Shown piece after piece: positions 44,373-62,332 of a stretch of DNA of 64,000 nt. The notes below the pieces were generated by a model. The model ran no database searches. It worked only from the letters and a program-made list of their open reading frames with translations, and had not been told where the DNA came from. The stretch is from the human T2T-CHM13v2.0 reference genome, Homo sapiens, in the NCBI RefSeq assembly GCF_009914755.1, contig NC_060925.1; one strand, written 5' to 3'. Each line of letters starts with the position of its first letter. Position 1 is the stretch's first letter. A program made the position numbers and the translations under genes.

Positions 44373-45406
44373 AATGTCTCAAACCACTGTTAACCAACTA
44401 AAGCCAGAGAGAATCTGGGAAATAGACCTTCCTGCCAGTGCACGGGCCTTCCTGCACCTGCCCCTTAGCCTTCTCCCTTAGCTATGTTTAGGAACCTCTC
44501 TGGCTATCTCAAATCATAGTCAGCATCAGGGACATCATCACAAAAGAGTCAATTACATAGTCAAGGGTGAATCTCAACTGTAGCTACTATGGAGGCAGTT
44601 TTGATGTCTGGATATTGTAGGACATTTCTAAGCTGGGTGATAGGTATATAATTTCTGGCCCTAGTAAAGTTGTCAGTTTAGCACTCCTGGGGATTCACCC
44701 ATGGATGTCTTTTATTTCCTGCAAGAGAAGGCTTTGAAACATACAGTGCATTAAATAACCCTTCAAATTCAGCTGGCCCTCAGAGTATCATTTTATCCTT
44801 TTGTGCACATCAGGAAAGGGGCACTTGGAGCCATCAGAGCTCTAGGCCAGAGGTTCCCAGATTGTCTCTTCAGACAGATACAAATAAAAAGAGGACTGGG
44901 TGGCTTATTTCAGGCAAATAGAATTTATGATAAAAAGCATCAAATGGGCCAAAGAAAAACATTTTATATGGAATTAAGGTACAATCCACAATAAAGATCT
45001 AACAGCTGGAATCTTTATGTGACAATAATGAAATAGTTAGAAACATAAGGGGAAAAAATGCTTGAAACACAATATTTGTAGGAGACGTTTAAACACAAAT
45101 ATCTCAAACTGACCGCTCAAATAAATAAAATTGTCAACAAAAATTAGAAGATCTAAATCATAGAATTTTCTTTATAAAAAGAAAGTATGCCATTTTTTAA
45201 GCTTCTGTGAAACATTTACAAAAAAAGATCACAAATAGGACACAAAGATAAACTCAGTAAATTTCAAAGCATGAAATTTATATGAGCCATTTTATCATGT
45301 CACAAAGTAATAAAACTTGAAATTAAACAAGCAAATAAACCATCCACTTTAAGGTGGAGGGCAAACTCCCAAACAGTTATTGTGACAAAATAGAATAAAA
45401 ATTTTA

Positions 45407-45737
<331 letters not shown>

Positions 45738-45759
45738 ATAAAATGAGAACTGTTTTATG

Positions 45760-46105
45760 CACTCATGTAATAAACCCAAGTTACTGATTACCTGCTAGAT
45801 ACTATATACGGTTCTAAGAGCAGGATACACAACACTGCTCTAATGGAACTTATATTCCACCAGTACAGTGGGGAAGACAGCTTATAAACAAGTATATGAA
45901 TAAATAAGAAAATATCAGGCGGTAACACTTGCTTAAATAACAATGAAACACAATGATGTGACTGAGAGTGACTGCCATAGGAGTGGCACTATTTTGGGTT
46001 GGAAAGGCCTCTCTGAGGTGGCATTTAAGCTGAGATCTGAACATTAGAAAGAATTCATCTGTGAAGATCTTGGAAAAGAACATTCCAGCAGAGAGATGAC
46101 CTACA
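45760..46105 (-). mobile_element. L2a 3' end
   Basis: ATGGAACTTATATTC..GGCCTCTCTGAGGTGGCATTTAAGCTGAGATCTGAA..AACATTCCAG. Confidence 0.8.
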
Positions 46106-47262
46106 CTGTATACCCAAGTTAGAGAACTGGATGCAGGAAGTGCAAAAATGAAAATACTTTAATTATTCATAGAAAATTCTTTGAAAAGGAGAAAGAAAAT
46201 TATGAAGATGACAACCAAGATAAATAAGTGCAAAATCAAACAAAAAAGATAAGATTGATAAATCCAAGATTGAGTTACTCTGGAGGAAAAGTACAAAAGA
46301 TAAGCATCTAATCAATAATTTTTAAAAACACATATAGATATAAAAATGAATATAGACAGCTACACAATTTTTAACAGAACTAGGATAACTCTAATACAAA
46401 AGAGAAAAAGAAAAGAAACAGGAAAAAGAAAAGCATATCAAACTTTAGATCAATCTTATTTATACATCTGGAATCATAAACCTACTAAATTGTATCCACA
46501 GAATATTAAATGACTATGCTTCATAACCAAGAAATCTTCATTCCAGATATACAAGGATAACTTAGAAAAAATATTAATATAACATGTTACATCATTTTTT
46601 CACAGCGGATAAGACATATCTTATAATCACAATGAATGAATAAAGGTTTTTGATAAAATTCAATACCTTTTCTGATTTAGCGTTACTCTGGCAGCTTGGA
46701 GGAATAAACTAATGTGGATGCCTTGCTTCACTCAATATGGAGAAATGGTAAATGATATATGATGCATATAATTAAAAGAATAGCTAAGCTGAAAAAAAAG
46801 AAAAACAATAATATGTAAACAATAAAGGAATTTAAAGCCAGAATTATGAAATAATGAAATAATATAGTGATAACTTTGGGGATAGGAGTGAGGGTATCAA
46901 ATCCAGATATTGGCTCTAATAATCATTCAGGGAAAGGACAGATATGGTTTGGGGCCTGCCTAAGGTGGTAAGCTATCACTAAGATCACTGCATAAAATGG
47001 GGACCTTGAGAGGTACCCTCCAGTGAACTAGAAACAAGAAATTCTCTGCCCAGAAAAGCAATAAGGAAATTTGAATCTGCCTAGGACTCTGATCAGAGGA
47101 AAAATTATTCCTTTAAAAACCAAAACCTCAAGACTGTTTTAAACCAAAATATAAACTACGCAGGTGGCATAGGCATCCTCAAGTCCAAGAAATTAACGTA
47201 AACTGGTTTGAAGCCAGCAAATCAACTTGGCAGAGGGAAGCGTGCATTTCCAACATCTAGAG

Positions 47263-47487
47263 CCAGAGTCAGCAAACTAAGGCCCGTGGGCCAAATACTG
47301 CCATGGCCTGCTCTTGTAGACTTTGTGTGTTAAGAATGGATTTTACATTTTTAAAAGGTTATTACTAAAAAAAAAAAAAAAAAAAAAAAAGGAAGAAGAG
47401 AAGGAGGAAGAGACAGAGACTGTGTAGCCTGCCAAGACTAGAATATTTACTATTTGGCCCTATATAGAAAAAGTTTGCCAACCTATG
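47263..47487. mobile_element. MER58 hAT-Charlie MITE
   Basis: TIRs GTCAGCAAAC / GTTTGCCAAC; 8-bp TSD ATCTAGAG/ATTTAGAG. Confidence 0.88.
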
Positions 47488-47691
47488 ATTTAGAGGACAA
47501 AGAGAGCCCAAAGGGATAAAATATCCTTACTAAAGATCAGCTTACAATAAAAGATTACCCTGCAACTAACTCATGCCCTATTTAGGAAAGTCAATAAACT
47601 CAATGACTAGTAGGATTAAGTAGCTTTGCAAATTTTAGACGATAGTACAATCTGAAGAGACTATAAAAATAGTATTTTTTAAATAATTAAA

Positions 47692-49073
<1,382 letters not shown>

Positions 49074-49239
49074 CTAGATATGACTTTAGAATCATGTAAT
49101 ATTTTACATAATTATGAAACAAACTTAAAGTTTAAAAAAAGCAATCCCTAAAAGTGGAAAGTAAAAGGAAACAATCCTAACATGTATCTAAATAGTGACA
49201 TAACCACATAGAGAGAGATTGGTCAGAGTGACTTTCAGA

Positions 49240-49370
49240 GGGAGGCTGAGGCAGGAGAATGGCGTGAACTGGGAAGGCGGAGCTTGCAGTGAGCCGAGAT
49301 TGCGCCATTGCACTCTAGCCTGGACGAAAGAGCGAGACTCCGTCTCCAAAAAAAAAAAAAAAAAAAAAAA
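49240..49370 (+). mobile_element. 5'-truncated AluY (right arm only)
   Basis: GAATGGCGTGAAC and GGAGCTTGCAG; perfect 13-bp TSD AGTGACTTTCAGA at 49227-49239 and 49371-49383. Confidence 0.93.
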
Positions 49371-49789
49371 AGTGACTTTCAGAAATAGTAATTTGACTGT
49401 ATATCACTAGTGGTATATACCCTAAAAGCAAAAAGAATGACATAGGACAATGTTAAACTACTCACAGTAATCATGTTGTTAGTGGTGGCAATGGTATTAT
49501 CATGTGGGCATTGTGGGATAAAGCGAAAAGAGTAATTATGGTACTGTATTAGTGTGTTAGGGCTGCTGTAACAAAATACCACAGACCAGGAGCTTAAACA
49601 ACAGAAATGTATTTTCTCACAGTTTTGGAGGCTAGAAGTTCAAGATCAAGATTCTGTCAGAGCTGGTTTCTGGTGAGGCCTCCCTTCCCGGCTTGTAGAC
49701 AGCCACCTTCTTACCATGACTTCACATGGCCTTCCCTCCTTGCACACCGGGAGAGAAGGAGAGAGAGAGATCACTGTCTCTTCCTCTTC

Positions 49790-49928
<139 letters not shown>

Positions 49929-50034
49929 TGACTTTTCCTCTTCCTATAAGGATACCAGTCCTGTCAGATTAAGGCCTCGCCCTTATGATCTCATTTAACC
50001 TTAATTTCCTCCCTAAAGGCCTTATCTCCAAATA

Positions 50035-50376
50035 CAATCATCCCTTGGTATCCATGGGGCATTAGTTCCAGGGCTACACACCATATCAAAATCGGCAGAT
50101 GCTTATGCTCCTTATATAAAGTGTATTTCATATATAATATAAAATGTTATTTATTTAAATAAAACCTACCTACATCCTCTCATATACTTCAAATCATGTC
50201 TAGATTACTTATAATACCCAATACAATGTAAATACTATATAAATAGTTGTTATACTGTATTGGTTTTTTAATTTGTGTTATTTTTTAATACTGTATTATA
50301 ATTTTTTTCAAATATTTTTGATCCTCAGTTGATTGACTCCATGGATGTGGAATCCACAGATATGGAGTGGCAACTA
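50035..50376. mobile_element. MER2 (Tigger-derived MITE)
   Basis: TIRs CAATCATCCCTTGGTATCC / CAGATATGGAGTGGCAACTA; TA target duplication. Confidence 0.85.
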
Positions 50377-52344
50377 TATAGTCACTGGAGGTTACAACTT
50401 CAGCATATGAATTTTGGGAGACACAGTTCAGTCCAATAACAAGTACCATTGAAAATTGAAAATTTTCACATAGGAGAAACGAAATACAGATGTAAGATAG
50501 CTAAGACTAAGTGAAAAACCTGTAGTCCTAAATGTGAGTAGAAACTATCAGTATGAGCATATATATATATACACACACACACACATACATATTTGTAATA
50601 TAACTTTATATATGACTATATAATTTATATATATTATATCTATCCATTGAAAAGGCCTGAAAGAAAAGATAAACTCAGTAGCAATGAGACCACTAGTACC
50701 CAGATTATAATACCATTTCCTATTCAAATGAACCAGAGATTCTTAGAAAAAAATCTTTGACTCTAGGCCTGAGAAGGGAAATGTAAAAGCTGTACATATA
50801 AAATTTTGTCATCCCTGGTAGCAACCAAATTATTAGTTATCATTTCAGTGGGTTTATGAACCAACTTGAATAGTCTTCCCCAGCCAAATATAGGATAGTT
50901 TTATTTTTGGAATTGATTTTGACTACAGAGTATCTGAGCTTGCTTGCCCACTGGCTAGAATTCTATTAGTTACCTGATATCCTTTCAATAAATTCCTCTT
51001 TTGCTTTGAGTAAGTCAGAATTATTTTTTACTTTCAACTAAGAAACCAACAAATGAAACTTGCCTAGCATGACTGAAGGCATAATTGATGTTCAGTAAAT
51101 GGTGATTTCCTTCCTAGGAGTCAAAAATCTACTATGACTTCTTTTCAGATTTTAAAAACTGTGAGGGAAACTTCCTGCCTATGAGGACTTCCCTCTTTCA
51201 TGAGGGAGATTCTGCCTCTGTTCACATCCCCTGCAGCTCCCCTACTCTCCTCTACTCAAGGGAAGAAGGTCTGGAAGCCAATTGATCACAGTCCAAGGTT
51301 TTGACTGGGCCCCAGTAATCAGTGGGCAGGGCCACTGTCTCAAAATGTCAGCACCCAGTTCCTGTTTTCCCGCATTTTCTGCTTCCTATCTCCCAGTGGT
51401 AAGCAGACATAAGATCTCTTAGGTCTTCCTCAACCTGATGCTAGAGAGTAAATGCATTTAGTATTCCTCTCAAAGGTTGGATCTCTCTATCAAACAATAT
51501 GCCTAAAATTTCCATTTGAAGAGAAATAAAAAATCCCAGTTACACACTGAGGCTTAAGACATGCTCAAGTTCATCTTTTACCAGAAAACGCTGCATTGGG
51601 AATTATCAGGTGCTGACTTAGCTAGTAATCATATAATTCATTGATTCTCATTTCCTGCTGTTCCTTTCCTGGCACAGAACTCCCCTGAGACACTAAAGGC
51701 AAGATGGGACCATTTAAGGACTCAGATATTCTTGGGTTCCTCACAGAGGAGAAGATGGGTGATACCACCAAGTAACACCAAAACTCCTCTCTCATTCTTA
51801 CAGAACCACCAAGAGATGGGAAACAAAGTGCAAAAGAATATAGCATGGATACTGACATTTCAACACAGTGACTCTGACGTTTATGCTTAGGGGCTCTGAC
51901 AGGTTGGCATAGGGTAGAAAGGAGCAGAGGAGGAGGCCAGTGGGAGGAGAAGGAAGGCAAAGTGAGAGGATGGCCTCCTCTGCGGTCTTCACTCGATTCT
52001 CTTTACCTCACTCCACTCTCCCCCATTAATTCCCACCTATACATCCAAGGAAGAGAGTGATAAAAAGGGTAATGAGGATGAGTCAAGTTCAAAGGTATTT
52101 TATTGGCCACATTCTTTTTTTGGGTGTTCATGTCCTGGGAATTTCTCTTTTGTACCTCTGGTGTGCGAAAAGCACACTTATACCACCTATGCTCCAGATT
52201 TTAAAGAGAGGCTCATTTCTCTCTCCTTTCGTTGGCATGGTTTTCCTTGGATTCATCTTTTCTTGCTGTCACAAAGTTAAAATAACAAAGCCTGAGAAAG
52301 AGGTATAAACTTAGGGGGAAAGTACCAAGACGGTCACTTGGACA

Positions 52345-52375
<31 letters not shown>

Positions 52376-52488
52376 TTAAGGGTCTTGCTATGTTTCCCAG
52401 GCTGGTCTCGAAATCCTGGCCTCAAGTGATCCTCCCACTTAGCCTCCCCAAACACTAAGATTACAGCCATGAGCCAAGACACCTAGCC
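52345..52488 (-). mobile_element. FLAM_C with (TTA)n tail microsatellite
   Basis: GGGTCTTGCTATGTTTCCCAGGCTGGTCTCG..GGCCTCAAGTGATCCTCCC. Confidence 0.85.
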
Positions 52489-53499
52489 AGGGCCTAGTTT
52501 TAGCATTAATTTTGCCTTTAGATTAGACAAAAAGAATCTTTCAGTGGTTATCCCTAGCTTCGCAATGGCCTAGGGTAGTATTTGAAGCCAAAACATTCTT
52601 ATAAAATGCATGCATTTGCCTGGCCCTGTCCTCTGAGCATGATGTCTCCCTTGTGGCACTCATGGACAAGGGCAAAGCTCTGGCAAGGCAGGATTTGGGT
52701 GTTCAGAACCTTGAGCCCAAGCCCAATACTACCCCCAACCCCAAATACCATGTCTTCCAATTCAAATAACATGGGTGATAATGGGCCTGCCATTCTAAAA
52801 TCATGTCTGGCTAATGGCTTGGCAGGTGAATAATCTGCTATGAGCCTACCTGAGCAGTGGCTGCTCTTGGGACCAGAAGATGCAAACACACACAGCTGTG
52901 AGGAAGCCCCAGCTCTTGGGAACTGTTGCTGCAATCTCCAGGTCTACTGGCCTTGCTTCACTGTTTTCTGATGTCTCCATCAGCCCCATCCTGATGATCT
53001 CCTGGTACTCCCCGACTTTAAGGAGACCTGTTTGCTATGGAAGCTCTAGGAAATGCATAATGGTATGAGGTGATGGCTTCCAATAATGGGCCTTCGCATT
53101 CTGAAGATGATGTGGTTGAAATGTGAATGGTTCAGTCTGCTTGGGAGATGATCTTTCCAAGACAAGCTCCTGAACTGATGCTGCCTTATCTTCTTACATG
53201 TGTTCCTTTGTTCCCAAGTCACTTACTGGGACTTCAGATGCCATCTCAGGTCCTCTGCTTCCCTCTTCTGGTCAATTGAAGGGAATCTTTATAGCCATTT
53301 AGAGCTCAGGGGAAGAATTAATATATGATGCTACCTAGTATAGAACCAAATAATAATCTCCTAGTGATCACTTTTCAATTCACAAAAAGCTACACCCAGG
53401 AAATAGGGTAATTAAATATAACATTATTACCTATTAAATATGCTCACACTAAGGCAGTCATAACATCTATTCTACTGTACAGAACCAGAGGGAAGATGT

Positions 53500-53765
53500 T
53501 GAGCCAGCAGTTCTACATGTGATATCACTGTGTGTTTTTGTAGAAAGGGTTCTTTGGTTAAATGTATTTGGAAAATCTTAGGGTAAAATAAGTTACACAG
53601 GTTTCTTTACTAAAAAATTGCTCAGGGCCTTTAAATTTATAACGTGAATTGTTAATCTCCCAGGGGGATATGGTATATAATTTTTGATCGATGACTCCTT
53701 GATTGGAGAGAATTCCAAGGATTAGCATTCCATTCTGTAGAATATTCTGGGGGAAATGTGACACT
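53500..53765. mobile_element. hAT-Charlie MITE (MER112/113-like)
   Basis: AAAGGGTTC..GGTTAAAT..ACAGGTTTCTTTACT..CTCAGGGCCTTTAA. Confidence 0.6.
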
Positions 53766-53914
53766 AGACATTGAAAAGGTGAACTTAAAAAAGAAAGATC
53801 TTCACATTTTGAAATGGCAAGTGTCATCTCACCTAAGCCAACAGCAGGTCCGCAAAGCAAATGACCATTAGTACCTCTTGAGTTGATATCAGCCTCAAGT
53901 TTTTTTAAACCACA

Positions 53915-54012
53915 AAGCTTAGAGTTGGGAAAAGGACCCTAAAGGCCCTAAAGGTCCTTTGCAGACCAATCCCTCCATTTTGTAGATAAGATGACTGAGA
54001 CTTAGAGAGCTA
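53915..54012 (-). mobile_element. MIR fragment
   Basis: CCCTCCATTTTGTAGATAAG..ACTGAGACTTAGAGAG. Confidence 0.65.
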
Positions 54013-54107
54013 TATAGTCTCAAAACCCAGTGAAGAAATATAATTTTACCATGTATTGGTGGGAATCCAGGATACACCACTGTTTAGCTGAGAGGAGCTG
54101 TCCATCA

Positions 54108-54500
<393 letters not shown>

Positions 54501-54716
54501 TCACTGGAAAGATGTACGCAAGATGCTGCAGCCTTTAACAAAGAAGATCCAACTTATTATTCATTTATAAACCCACAGAAGGCACTTTTATAAAAAGACA
54601 TCATCCTCATTCATGCATCAAATGGAAAGTCAGGAAATACAGTTTGTGTTAAACTCCAAAGGGCTTTGATGCTTTTTCATAAATGTTAGCACATTTGGGA
54701 GAACACCACAGCCTTC

Positions 54717-55050
54717 TGTGTTAGCTGAGACTATTCTGGTTGCTAGTGACAAGAACCCAGCTTGAACTAGTTTAGGCAGAATAAAAAGGAGGGTGGGGAG
54801 TAATTTATGGGAAGGCTCACATAACAAAAGGAAGAGCTGGCCGGGCAGGGTGAATGAAAGAGCCATCAAGATTATCACCTTCACCTCTTGCATTTCTCTC
54901 TGTCAGTCAGCTTTACTCTTCTACTGCAGATGGGATCTGCCCCCTCATGGGGGTGGTGGCTCTCTTTGGCTCATAATTTCACATCTTCCCTACCAGAAAG
55001 CAATGGTCTCTAGTTCAAAGGTCCCAGAGAAGGGCTCTGATTGGCCTTGC
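54717..55050 (-). mobile_element. Old MaLR LTR (MLT1L/M-like)
   Basis: GGTTGCTAGTGACAAGAACCCAGCTTGAACTAG; GAAGGGCTCTGATTGGCC. Confidence 0.6.
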
Positions 55051-55099
55051 TTCTTCAAGGTGTACCTTTCTGAGGTAAGGGAAATAGGTCTTAATAGAG

Positions 55100-55355
55100 G
55101 CAGATAGCCTGGTGGGTATCAGTATGGGTTCTGAAGTCAAACTGCTTGAGCTCAAACACTGGCTCCCCTGCCTACTAGCTGATTGATCTTGAGCAATTTA
55201 CTTAAGCTCTTTTACCTCAGTTTCCTTATCTGTAAAATGGGGACAATAATGGTTTACAGGTTTTATATCACGATTAAATGAGGAAAATATGTAAACAATT
55301 TTATATGGTACCCAGCACAAGGCAAGTAATCAATAGTCATTAGCTTTTCTCATTA
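55100..55355 (+). mobile_element. MIR
   Basis: CCTCAGTTTCCTTATCTGTAAAATGGGGACAATAAT. Confidence 0.85.
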
Positions 55356-55404
55356 CTGGTTCAGCTTGGAGGGTTAGGAGGTCATGCTTAGATCAATCAC
55401 TACG

Positions 55405-55660
55405 GCAATTCAATGGAAAGATTAAGAGCATAAGCTCTATGGTCTGATGATGTGATTTCAAGTTCCAACTCCTGCACTTACTAGCTATACCTTATGCAAG
55501 TTGCTTAACTCTTCTGTGCCTTTGGTTTCTTCATCTATAAAATAGGGATAATAATCATTCCTATCTTGTAAGATGGTTGCAAGAAATAAAAGAGATGACA
55601 AATTTGAATCATTTAGCATCTTGTCTAGCACACAGTAAGCATGCAACAAAGTTATTATTA
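55405..55660 (+). mobile_element. MIR
   Basis: TTAAGAGCAT..GTTTCTTCATCTATAAAATAGGGATAATAAT..GCACACAGTAAG. Confidence 0.85.
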
Positions 55661-55721
55661 AGGCTGTGCAGGCGGTCTACCAAAAGATGATATCTTCCAT
55701 TTGAATCATGACAGTAGGAGT

Positions 55722-56488
<767 letters not shown>

Positions 56489-56784
56489 TCAAAAACATAG
56501 TCACACTTAACCATTATATCTCTTTCTCCTTGTAAAGGGATACCTCTTTCTATTCTTGGTAGATAATTATGACTATGTATGAATGTACATACATACTGTA
56601 TGTATAAATTGTATTATATGTATATATTCTTTATGATATTTTGATGATCTGGTAGATCACTTACCTGTTAGGAGTTTGGGAGACCTACCACCTTGATTAG
56701 CCTCAAATTTAGGAGTAAAACCAGGACAGCAGAAGGTCAGCTTCTCCAAAAGATAAAAGAATCCTTCAAAAGTTGGTTAGTAAA

Positions 56785-58125
56785 CTTACCTCACATTATA
56801 TACAAAAATCATTCTTAGGTGGATTATAGATTGAATGGAAAAAGTAAAACAATAAAGCTTCTAGCAGATAACATAGGAAAATATCTTTATGAATTCTGGA
56901 TTAGGAAAGGTTTCTTAAACAAGATCCCCAAAGCACTTAAAATAGTTTGAAAAAGTTGACTACATTAAAATAGTTTGAAAAAATTGACTAGATCAAATTC
57001 AAGAACTTCTGTTCATTAAAGTGCATCACTAAAGGAGAGAAAAAGCAAACCTCGAAGTGGAACACCATTTTTCAATGTGTGTAATCAACAAGGGGTTCAG
57101 GGTTCATATCTAAGATACATAAAGAATTCCTACGAACCTACCAGTCAAAAGAAAACAAAAACAGACAACACAACAAAAAAAACAGGCAGAAGATTTGACA
57201 GATAATGAATATGAAATGAGCATTAATTCTCAACCTCATTTGTTAGCAGGGAAATGTACACTAAAGCCATACTGATACACCACTATACCTCACTAGAGTA
57301 TCAAACCAAGCTTTCAAGGTTGTAGAACATCAAGAACTCAAATGTTGTTGATGGAAGTGTAAATTGGCACAATTACTATAGCAAACAGATTGACATTATC
57401 AAATAAAATACAAGATATGCATAATTTATGACACAGCAATTCACCTCCAAGTTATATACCCTCATAAAACATATGTTTATGTGCACCAGTATACATGTTT
57501 AAGAATATTCATAGCAGTACTGAATAATAACTCCAAATGGAAACAACCTAAATGTCTATCAAGAGTGAAATAAATAACAAATTGTGATCTATTCATACTA
57601 TGAAATACTGTATTATGAGAAATAAGGAAAAAAGTACAGCTGCATGATATATAGAGGATGAATCTTAAAGACACAATATTACGTGAAAGGAGCCAAACAG
57701 TACAGAATATACACTGTATAATGTACTTTATATACAATTTTTGTTTTAAGACTGAATCTCACCATGTTGCCCAGGCTGATCTTGAATTCCTACGCTCTTG
57801 CAATCATTCCCCCTCAGCCTCTGGAGTAGCTGGGATTACAGGCACACGTCACCCAGCCTGGCTCTATACACAATTTTTTAAAAGGCAAAATTAAACAAGT
57901 TTTAGGACTAAAACTATCAAAGAAGAATAAGGAAGTAAATACTATAAAAATCAAGAGAGTATTCACTCTTAGGGAGAGTGAGAGGTTACAATCAGGAAAA
58001 GGTTTTTACAGCTATTAGTAATGTTTTATGGCTTGACACAAGTAGATTACACTGAGGTTTATTTTACAGATTGTTAACTCGTATATTCATTTTAAAAACC
58101 TTTCTGTATGCATGTTATATTTTAC
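56785..58125 (+). mobile_element. L1M ORF2 end and 3' UTR
   Basis: AAAGCTTCTAG..AACATAGGAAAATATCTT; GAAGTGTAAATTGGCACAA; GGAAACAACCTAAATGTC. Confidence 0.85.
57738..57862 (-). mobile_element. FLAM_A-like monomer
   Basis: Monomer with CTCAGCCTC..GAGTAGCTGGGATTACAGG; TSD TATA(T/C)ACAATTTT. Confidence 0.75.
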
Positions 58126-59589
58126 ACACACTCACACTCAAGAGTAAGTATAGTGCAGACACAATGGACAGAGTCAGATAAAGGGTAGGACTGATCAAGT
58201 TCAAAGTCACAGAGCTCTCTAAAGGAGGGTTGAAGGTCACCAGCTTAAAGATGATCACCATCTTAGAACAAGCACTTATGCAACTTGCTGCTAAATGGGA
58301 AAAGTGGTGGCTTGCCCAACCACATTATATATTCTATTGATATAACTTGTGGAGAGGGATTTAGTTATAGAGAAAATATACAACAAACATTAAATCCATA
58401 GGTTTCAAATGATCAAAGCTAAAAGTCTCCCAGAACCCCTATCTAGGGGTGCATGCGCAACTCCACAAATCTGTAGTCATTGGAGGGGAAACTCAATGGA
58501 CAGATGGAGAGTTCCAATCATCAGAGCCTCTGCTGCCAGGACATCCTTCATCCTAGCATGCCCGTTTTTCACTGGACCTGGGCAACTGACTTGCTCCCCA
58601 GCTGCCACAGCTTCTCCAGCAGGAATTGCAATCATGTCTGCCCTGCACCATCACCTCCTCACCATTGTAATCATACCATTTTGCATCCTCCTTGTCTTCC
58701 CACAGCTTTCATGTAATCGAGGGGTTTGTATGCTGGTTTGTTTGGCTTTGGCTAGGAAGAGAAAAGTTTCTATCATAAACATGCTCCCTACATTTTCCCC
58801 ATGCTGTTTAGTTCATGGACCCTTCCTATATCACTCTCATACTGCCCTTCGCGTCCTCCCTAGTGCCAGCAGCCAGGGATTTTTTGATGTTTATTGGGCA
58901 CTTATAACTCTTAAGCTTCATAATAATGAATGAGATGGGAGTATTATTATCCTTACCTAGGCTTAGAGGGGTTAGGTACTTAATTTTCACATCTCTGCTT
59001 CCTTGCCCCTACTCACACACGTCCCATACAAATCTAATAATTTTAAAATATTTTCATTGAAATAAATATATTAAAGGCAATTTTGAAAGTGAATTTAATT
59101 TCTAATCACACCATTCTCACTCATTTTTCTGTTTTTCAAAGTTTTGCCATGTTCATATATAATTATATGATTATATACATATTCTTTTTCTCATTTTTTT
59201 TAAAATCATAAATCTTTTATCTTTGTCTTGAGCTTAAATAACTCTCAAGATCTCATTTTGGGACACAGCTTAGCATTGCATTGAGAAGATAAATAATAAT
59301 CTGCTTAACCATTCCCATATTATTGGGTATTTAGGCTTTTTAGTTTTAACTAATAAATATTGTGTGCAATAATACATTTGTTAAAGTGAAATATAAAATT
59401 TTACATTTATCCCTGTTAAATTTAACTTCATTAGCTTTTGGCCAATTATTACAACATATCAACAGCTTCTTGAATTTTTACTTTGCTATCCAATGTGCTT
59501 GCATGATTCATGGATTTGATGAGTCATTAATTAAAGCATTGAAAATGGCAGACCCAAGAACAGAAGCTTACAGAGGTATATGTGCCAAA

Positions 59590-60416
<827 letters not shown>

Positions 60417-60423
60417 TAGTGAC

Positions 60424-60588
60424 AGCTGAACACAGTGCTGTGTTCCTGTAGTCCCAGCTACTTGGGAGGCTGAGGCAGGAGGATTGCTTGAGCCCAGGGG
60501 TTCAAGGCCGTAGTACGCTATGATTGTGCCTGTGAACAGCCACTATGCTCCAGCCTTGGTAACAGAACGAGACCTCATCTCTAAAAAA
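60424..60588 (+). mobile_element. FAM, full length
   Basis: GTAGTACGCTATGATTGTGCCTGTGAACAGCCAC; 17-bp TSD CAAAAGTTCATA(G/A)TGAC at 60407-60423 and 60589-60605. Confidence 0.9.
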
Positions 60589-60669
60589 CAAAAGTTCATA
60601 ATGACGCTAACAATTATACATAAATTGATGAAAATTAAAAAGATAAAAATATAAGATTGGAGCTAGCTT

Positions 60670-61280
60670 GGAGTGGTAAATAGTGAGTTCAGTTTGAATA
60701 TGTTGAAAGGGAAGTATTGGAAGAACATGCAGGTGAAAATGTTCAGTAAATAGTTGTATACGGGTGTGGGGCTCAGGGTAGAGCTCTGAGCTGGAGAGGA
60801 ATATCTGGGAGTCATCAGTGTATTGATAGTAATTGAAATCATGGAAGTAGATGAGATCTTATACAGACCAAAAAAAAGCAATCTGAGGAGAGAACCTTAG
60901 GGGATTGTCTAGACTTATAGAAAGAAAGTTCATGAAGGAGGTGAAGAAGGAGCATTCAGAGAGAGAGAAGACCTAGTAGAGAGCAGTAGAAGCCAGGGGT
61001 AGAGGTTTTAGGAGGAGGAAATGACCCTAAAATGCCAAATGCCAGAAATACAGAAAGCAAGTTAAAGACTGAAAAGTCTCCATTGGGTTTAATGACTAGG
61101 TCACATGTGACTTTGGTGAGAATAGAGTCAGTGGCATAACGAGGTCTAAGATGGGTTTTCCACACGGATGTCATCTAGGAAGATGGCAGAGTTTGGGAAG
61201 AGAGGAGGAACTTAAGATTTTGGTGGGGTTGGTGATAAGGAAGTGCAGAGAACAAAGTAGCTAGATGGCATGAATATTGA
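60670..61280 (-). mobile_element. L2 fragment
   Basis: GTGAGTTCAGTTTG..CTGGGAGTCATCAG..GGAAGTAGATGAGATC..GTGACTTTGGTGAGA. Confidence 0.75.
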
Positions 61281-62332
61281 GTAGTACGGGTCTAAAAGCA
61301 GCGTGGGGCCTGGAAGAATGCTGACTATCTACCTTCCCACTCTTTGGTATATAGGACTAAAAAATTCTCAGCCTCTATTCAGGAGGCTACAGTCAGAATA
61401 TATGTCAGGAGAACACTGGGTTTCACACCAGATCAGGAAGCTGAGGAAACATTCTATGAAGTGATTGAGGGAGTCTTTTTATTATGGATGGTAATTATGC
61501 TTGAAACTAAAGGAGAACAGACAAATAGTCTTCCCCCCTTGGCTGCTTAAGCTTTACCTCTTGTAGTCTGAATGTTTATCTTTGTAACCATTGTAATCAA
61601 TTAATGAGAATCCTTAGGTAGAATATTACTCTCCTCTTCCCTTTCTCTGTCTGTTCACTTCCTGGGCCCTTGGCTATCCAGTAATTCTACATTCTTGTTA
61701 GTCCCAATCTACTCCTCAATCAAAACATTTTCTTCTTCCAGCCCCAAACTTCAGATTCCTCTTTGATTTTTTGTTATATAGAAAATTCAAAGCCAGTACA
61801 GCCCTCCTGGGTGGGAGACTAAGGTGTGTTCTGTTAATTCATGAAAAATCAATTACACAGAAAAAGTCTGAAGATACAAAAGCTGTCATAGATTCAAGGG
61901 AAAATTGGAATTCCTGATTGGTCATTGAGAAGAAATCTAATGGTCCAGGGCCTGATTCCAGACATGTGCTGTATGCCCATGACCATTATGTTCAGAGGTT
62001 CCTGTATCCACGGGACTTAACTTTTTCATGTGAATAGGATTTGATGGGCAGATGAGCAGAAGGAATGTGAATCCATGCTCTAGTCCATTTCCCTATGGCT
62101 TCAATTTCATCCTCTACCTTTTGAGCAAAAGAACGACACCATAAAAACTGCTTTCCCACTTCCTCTTCTACTTGGTTGCCTCATTCTCTTTCCATTCCTT
62201 CTTTGGGGATTTGCTCCAGTGGGTGGCACAAGCTAGAGTGAGAACTCCGTGGGTCAGAGTATGGGGAAAGCCTGGTACAGTGTCTAACATGAAACTCAGG
62301 TGATTTTCTTCTTCCCAAAGTGGGAAATCTGG

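Noticed and set aside
56570-56630. TATG/CATA inverted repeats
   Set aside because: Low-complexity simple repeat in which short stems are expected.
58409-58933. 174-aa ORF in unique DNA
   Set aside because: No recognisable domain, processed-pseudogene hallmarks or codon signal; compatible with chance.
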